IMG/VR virus record: IMGVR_UViG_3300031787_000135
Location: 1 to 59,657 of that record
Source: a virus
Taxonomy: Duplodnaviria; Caudoviricetes
Length of the DNA stretch: 59,657 nt
Direction: 5' to 3' (one strand)
The number at the start of each line of letters is the position of its first letter. Positions within the stretch are counted from its first letter, which is position 1. Positions 56,443 through 59,657 of this stretch are shown piece after piece. The position numbers were made by a program, and so were the translations under genes. The notes under the pieces are model-generated. The model did not search any database, was not told where the DNA came from, and saw nothing but the letters and a program-made list of their open reading frames with translations.

Positions 56443-56688
56443 ATGAAAAGCATCAGGTCGGCAATCATGTTGGTTGTGGCTCTGTTGGTGGCAACGTTGC
56501 CAGCGTCGGCTCAGGACTGCCTCGGAGGTCAGTGTGCGGCTCGCGTGGCTTCTGCCGCGGTGTCGGTAGTGACGTTGCCTGTGCGAGCTGTGCAAGTCGT
56601 CAGCGAGGCTCAACCTGTGCGATCGACGGTTGCCAGTGCGACTCGCGTCTTGCGAAGACCTATCCTGCGTTGTCGAAGACGCGGTTGA
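56443..56688 (+). CDS. small exported protein with a signal peptide
   Basis: AGGAGG RBS; MKSIRS + hydrophobic core + ASA-Q; CLGGQC; Arg-rich tail. Confidence 0.7.
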   Translation: MKSIRSAIMLVVALLVATLPASAQDCLGGQCAARVASAAVSVVTLPVRAVQVVSEAQPVRSTVASATRVLRRPILRCRRRG

Positions 56689-56833
56689 TCCATGCTCGGC
56701 AGTCGGGGGGAGAGGATCGGCTGCTGAGGGTGTACGGTGCTTACGGACAGCACGCCGGATAACGTACCCGGCATTGAGGTGAGTAAACGATGTGACCTCT
56801 AAACCTCATCGGGCGGCAACTGCCTAAGTTGCG

Positions 56834-56939
56834 AGGATCGGGTCGGTGCGATCTACAGCACGGTGTTGCAGGGCTCTACGGAGCCACAAGCGCCGGAATG
56901 TAGGCAAGTCGATTAGCAGGTGAAAATCTGCACGATCCT
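56834..56939 (+). ncRNA. tRNA-like element 1
   Basis: AGGATCG/CGATCCT stem, GCAGG/TCTGC T-like arm, internal hairpin with a C(TACG)G loop. Confidence 0.55.
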
Positions 56940-56945
56940 TTTTAT

Positions 56946-57014
56946 TGCGGGTGGGCTAGCGCCCATCGGAGTCTCATAAGCTCCGAGTGCTAGGTGCGAT
57001 TCCTAGACCCGCAA
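56946..57014 (+). tRNA. non-canonical tRNA with CAT anticodon (Met or Ile2), shrunken D arm, no encoded CCA
   Basis: TGCGGGT/ACCCGCA acceptor; GGAGT-CTCATAA-GCTCC anticodon arm; CTAGG-TGCGATT-CCTAG T arm. Confidence 0.75.
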
Positions 57015-57016
57015 CT

Positions 57017-57110
57017 GGATCGGCGGTGTGTCGCGTCACACTGGAAAGCCGGAGGAAGCGGTTTCTAGGACCGTTACAGAGCACGGCAGGATCGAAACCT
57101 GCACGATCCT
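57017..57110 (+). ncRNA. tRNA-like element 2
   Basis: GGATCG/CGATCC stem; GTGTG/CACAC arm; GCAGG-ATCGAAA-CCTGC T arm. Confidence 0.6.
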
Positions 57111-57178
57111 TTTGCTGGTTTTGGGTCCAGCGCAGCCGAAAGGCAATGACAAAACCCAGGGCAGCCGGAGAGACGGCG

Positions 57179-57278
57179 AGGATCGGCGGCTTAACGAGTT
57201 GCTTGTGTAGTCAACCGGATTGAACACCCGAAGCGAAATAGTTGGCAAGCATCGCAGGCGAAAACCCTGCCCGATCCT
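57179..57278 (+). ncRNA. tRNA-like element 3
   Basis: AGGATCGG/CCGATCCT stem; GCAGG-CGAAAAC-CCTGC T arm. Confidence 0.6.
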
Positions 57279-57281
57279 TTT

Positions 57282-57411
57282 GGGTAGGAGAGTGTGGATC
57301 AGTGACGGACTTGTACAAGGAGTTGCTGGTTGGCTGGTAAGAATCGGTAACGCGGTTCCCGTAATGGCGTAAGGCATTCATAGTCCGAGCTGCACAGTAT
57401 ACACCCTACCC
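57282..57411 (+). ncRNA. 130-nt structured element
   Basis: Ends pair: GGGTAGG..GTGT with ACAC-CCTACCC. Confidence 0.4.
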
Positions 57412-57433
57412 GTTTTACAGCAGGAGATTTGCG

Positions 57434-57697
57434 ATGAAACCGACCCAGCGAATAAAACCCAAACGCAAGGCTGCCGTTTACAGCAAATGCTCCGATTGCG
57501 GCTGCAAGTACCAGATGACGCACGGTCACTCGAAGCGATGTCCTGAGTGTCGAGAAAAAGCCGCTCCAGCGACGATAGGCGTAAAGTTTCGTCGAGTTCC
57601 AAGCTATTTGTGTGCGTGCGGCAACACTGTTGCGTTATCGCCGTGCGTCATTTGTGTTGCGCAGAAGAAAATCCAAGCCGAAAAGGAGAAGCGATGA
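57434..57697 (+). CDS. basic Zn-finger protein
   Basis: AGGAG RBS; CSDC, CPEC, CAC, CVIC. Confidence 0.65.
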   Translation: MKPTQRIKPKRKAAVYSKCSDCGCKYQMTHGHSKRCPECREKAAPATIGVKFRRVPSYLCACGNTVALSPCVICVAQKKIQAEKEKR

Positions 57698-58512
57698 AGA
57701 AATTTAAGATTGGCAACGTGGTGCGATTAAAGACTGACAGTCCGGAAAGGTTAAGGCTGATAGTTCGATCGATCGACAGCGATTGCTTAGAGTGTACGTC
57801 TGAATGCGAACGCAGACGAGTCATATCGCATGGCGATAATTTTGAGCTAGTCGAGCGACCTGACCCGCAAGCCGACATGAAACAAGCAATCCGCGAGGTC
57901 TTGCTGTCGGATGAGTTTATGACAGCGTTTGCTGCGGCGTTTTTTTCTGCAACCGTCCCGCGATCAACACTTGAGCATCCGACCCCAGGCTTTATTCGAC
58001 CGATGCGAACCGAGGCGCAGCTTTCGAAAATGGTGGAGATGGTCAGGCAATCTTTGGCGACTGAACCCAACTCTCCAAAAATCCTGGATAGTTCGAGCGA
58101 GCCAACCCCTAAGCCATCGAAGACGCAACCGCCAAGCGACTATCGAATGCTGGGATCGGCAAAGGATGAGCCAAGGCAGGCAAGCGATCTTTATTGGTCG
58201 CTATCGGCGAAGAATTGGATTCCGATCAAGCCCAAGCAAGCCGAGTACGCAAACCGCGATGACTGGGTGGCTTGTCGTAAGATCGAAGTGACGAGCTCCC
58301 CCCCAAAACGATACCGCGAGCCGACGCTAGCCGACCTAGCAAACAAGCCGATCGCGTGCGAGTGTCGAGACTCAGACGAAGAGCAATGGCGAAGCGGCTT
58401 TTTGGTTTATATTCTCAATGGGTGCTTTCCATTTCTTTGCGTAAGTCAAGAGCAAAAGTTGAGCGGCCAATGGCAGCAATGCCGAATCGAGGCGACAGAT
58501 GACCCAACGTAA
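57694..58512 (+). CDS. modular hypothetical protein
   Basis: AAGGAG RBS; FKIGNVVRLK start; modules shared with 42633..43382. Confidence 0.65.
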   Translation: MKKFKIGNVVRLKTDSPERLRLIVRSIDSDCLECTSECERRRVISHGDNFELVERPDPQADMKQAIREVLLSDEFMTAFAAAFFSATVPRSTLEHPTPGFIRPMRTEAQLSKMVEMVRQSLATEPNSPKILDSSSEPTPKPSKTQPPSDYRMLGSAKDEPRQASDLYWSLSAKNWIPIKPKQAEYANRDDWVACRKIEVTSSPPKRYREPTLADLANKPIACECRDSDEEQWRSGFLVYILNGCFPFLCVSQEQKLSGQWQQCRIEATDDPT

Positions 58513-58939
58513 AGCTTTGGCAGAGGCGTTTTTTACGTTGCTCGGCGTTTGCCTACTTGGTATCGTTGCGTACTTTTTCTCCGACGCGATAGGTCCGATA
58601 CCGGACGAGCCGATCGAGCAGCATGTCGAGTCGGTCGAGTCGATGACTCCTTACGGCGAACGCTCGGGGAGGTGGCAGGCTGTCCGCAACGAGTTCGTCG
58701 AGCTGCACCCCCGTTGCGAGGCTTGCGGTCTGTCGTGGGACTTGAACGTCCACCACATCAAGCCGTTCAAGGACCACCCTGAATTGGAGCTGGACATGGA
58801 CAATCTGATCACGCTTTGCCGGGAGCATCATTTCCGCATTGGTCACGACCCAGACGGTCCATGGGGGTGGCGTAGACCCTCCTGGACGTTTTACAACCCG
58901 AATGTTCGAGAGGATGTCAAACGATGGCGCAAGAAGTAG
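58499..58939 (+). CDS. HNH endonuclease with an N-terminal hydrophobic helix
   Basis: HPRCEAC..VHHIKP..NLITLCREHH..H. Confidence 0.8.
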   Translation: MTQRKALAEAFFTLLGVCLLGIVAYFFSDAIGPIPDEPIEQHVESVESMTPYGERSGRWQAVRNEFVELHPRCEACGLSWDLNVHHIKPFKDHPELELDMDNLITLCREHHFRIGHDPDGPWGWRRPSWTFYNPNVREDVKRWRKK

Positions 58940-59214
58940 CGTACAAGAAGTCGGTCAGTTACACGTTCGAAGTCGATGGCGAGCAATATGCAATCACCGA
59001 CTGGGACGAAGACCTTACCACGCTGGAGATCGAGGAGACTCGAAAAAACGGCCAGGAGGACTGCCACATGAAAGCGACAGTTGTTTGGCAAGGCGGCGAC
59101 ATCGGCGATGGTCGCTATGCCTACGAGAGCGAGACTATCTCGGCTTACGAAAGCGCGGCACACGCTCGAGACGTGCTGCGATACCTCAACGAGCACAAGT
59201 TTGAGCCAGAATAA
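58924..59214 (+). CDS. acidic hypothetical protein
   Basis: GAGG RBS, operon packing. Confidence 0.55.
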   Translation: MAQEVAYKKSVSYTFEVDGEQYAITDWDEDLTTLEIEETRKNGQEDCHMKATVVWQGGDIGDGRYAYESETISAYESAAHARDVLRYLNEHKFEPE

Positions 59215-59216
59215 AG

Positions 59217-59657
59217 ATGACGCAACTAACCTTTGGATCACTATTCGCAGGCATTGGGGGGTTCGATCTTGGCTTTGAGCGTTGCGGTATGGAATGCAAA
59301 TGGCAAGTGGAGATAAACGATTATGCCCAAAAAGTCCTCGCGAAGCATTGGCCGGAAGTCCATCGCGAAAAAGATATCCGAGAGTGTTCCGCCCGAAACC
59401 TTGAGCGGGTTGACATCATTGCCGGCGGTTTTCCCTGCCAAGATATTTCCTATGCCGGACTCGGGGCAGGTCTTGATGGAGAGCGAAGCGGATTGTTCTT
59501 TGAGGCCATTCGCTTGGTTTCAGAACTTAGACCGAGAGCAGTTGTCTTGGAGAACGTGGCAGCGTTGCTTACTAGAGGGCTGGACAGAGTTCTCGGGACG
59601 CTGGCCGAGATCGGGTATGATGCTGAATGGCATTGCATACCGGCTGCCTACGTTGGT
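59217..59657 (+). CDS. C5-cytosine DNA methyltransferase, 3'-truncated by the window end
   Basis: Manual translation: MTQLTFGSLFAGIGGFDLG..GGFPCQDIS..RSGLF..LENV. Confidence 0.9.
   Translation, partial: MTQLTFGSLFAGIGGFDLGFERCGMECKWQVEINDYAQKVLAKHWPEVHREKDIRECSARNLERVDIIAGGFPCQDISYAGLGAGLDGERSGLFFEAIRLVSELRPRAVVLENVAALLTRGLDRVLGTLAEIGYDAEWHCIPAAYVG

Noticed and set aside
53915-57014. Stop-codon reassignment suggested by the RF-like gene plus tRNA
   Set aside because: TAA, TAG and TGA all end tightly packed genes and a 14.5-kb ORF is open in the standard code; the tRNA is not a suppressor
56987-57377. Short ORFs over the RNA cluster
   Set aside because: No RBS or motifs; they overlap the tRNA and the repeated stems

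Overview
A 59.7-kb slice of a tailed dsDNA bacteriophage genome, with podovirus-like organisation, standard genetic code and dense coding. The host is probably a Planctomycete; this is inferred from a planctomycete-style RimI and a CxxxxC signal-peptide protein. No capsid, portal, large terminase, integrase or polymerase gene was recognised in the window. Layout: (1) 1-29119, + strand virion/tail/ejection module, including two Cys-rich proteins, an ERV/ALR-like sulfhydryl oxidase fused to a glycosyltransferase, and a 4823-aa polyvalent protein. (2) 29142-41891, + strand recombination/replication module (exonuclease, ERF, frameshifted SF2 helicase, primase, SSB-like, HNH) with accessory genes (fatty-acid hydroxylase, MazG, CsrA-like). 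(3) 41954-49162, - strand cluster of small, probably early genes (incl. RimI), separated by a repeated two-hairpin element. (4) 49211-59657, + strand block with a structured non-coding leader, three DNA methyltransferases, a stand-alone GGQ release-factor domain and a cluster of tRNA-like RNAs around a non-canonical tRNA(CAT). The best novelty candidates are the ERV-glycosyltransferase/Cys-rich virion module, the GGATCG...CGATCC tRNA-mimic family, and the covarying intergenic two-hairpin element. All protein calls come from motifs read by eye; no searches were run.
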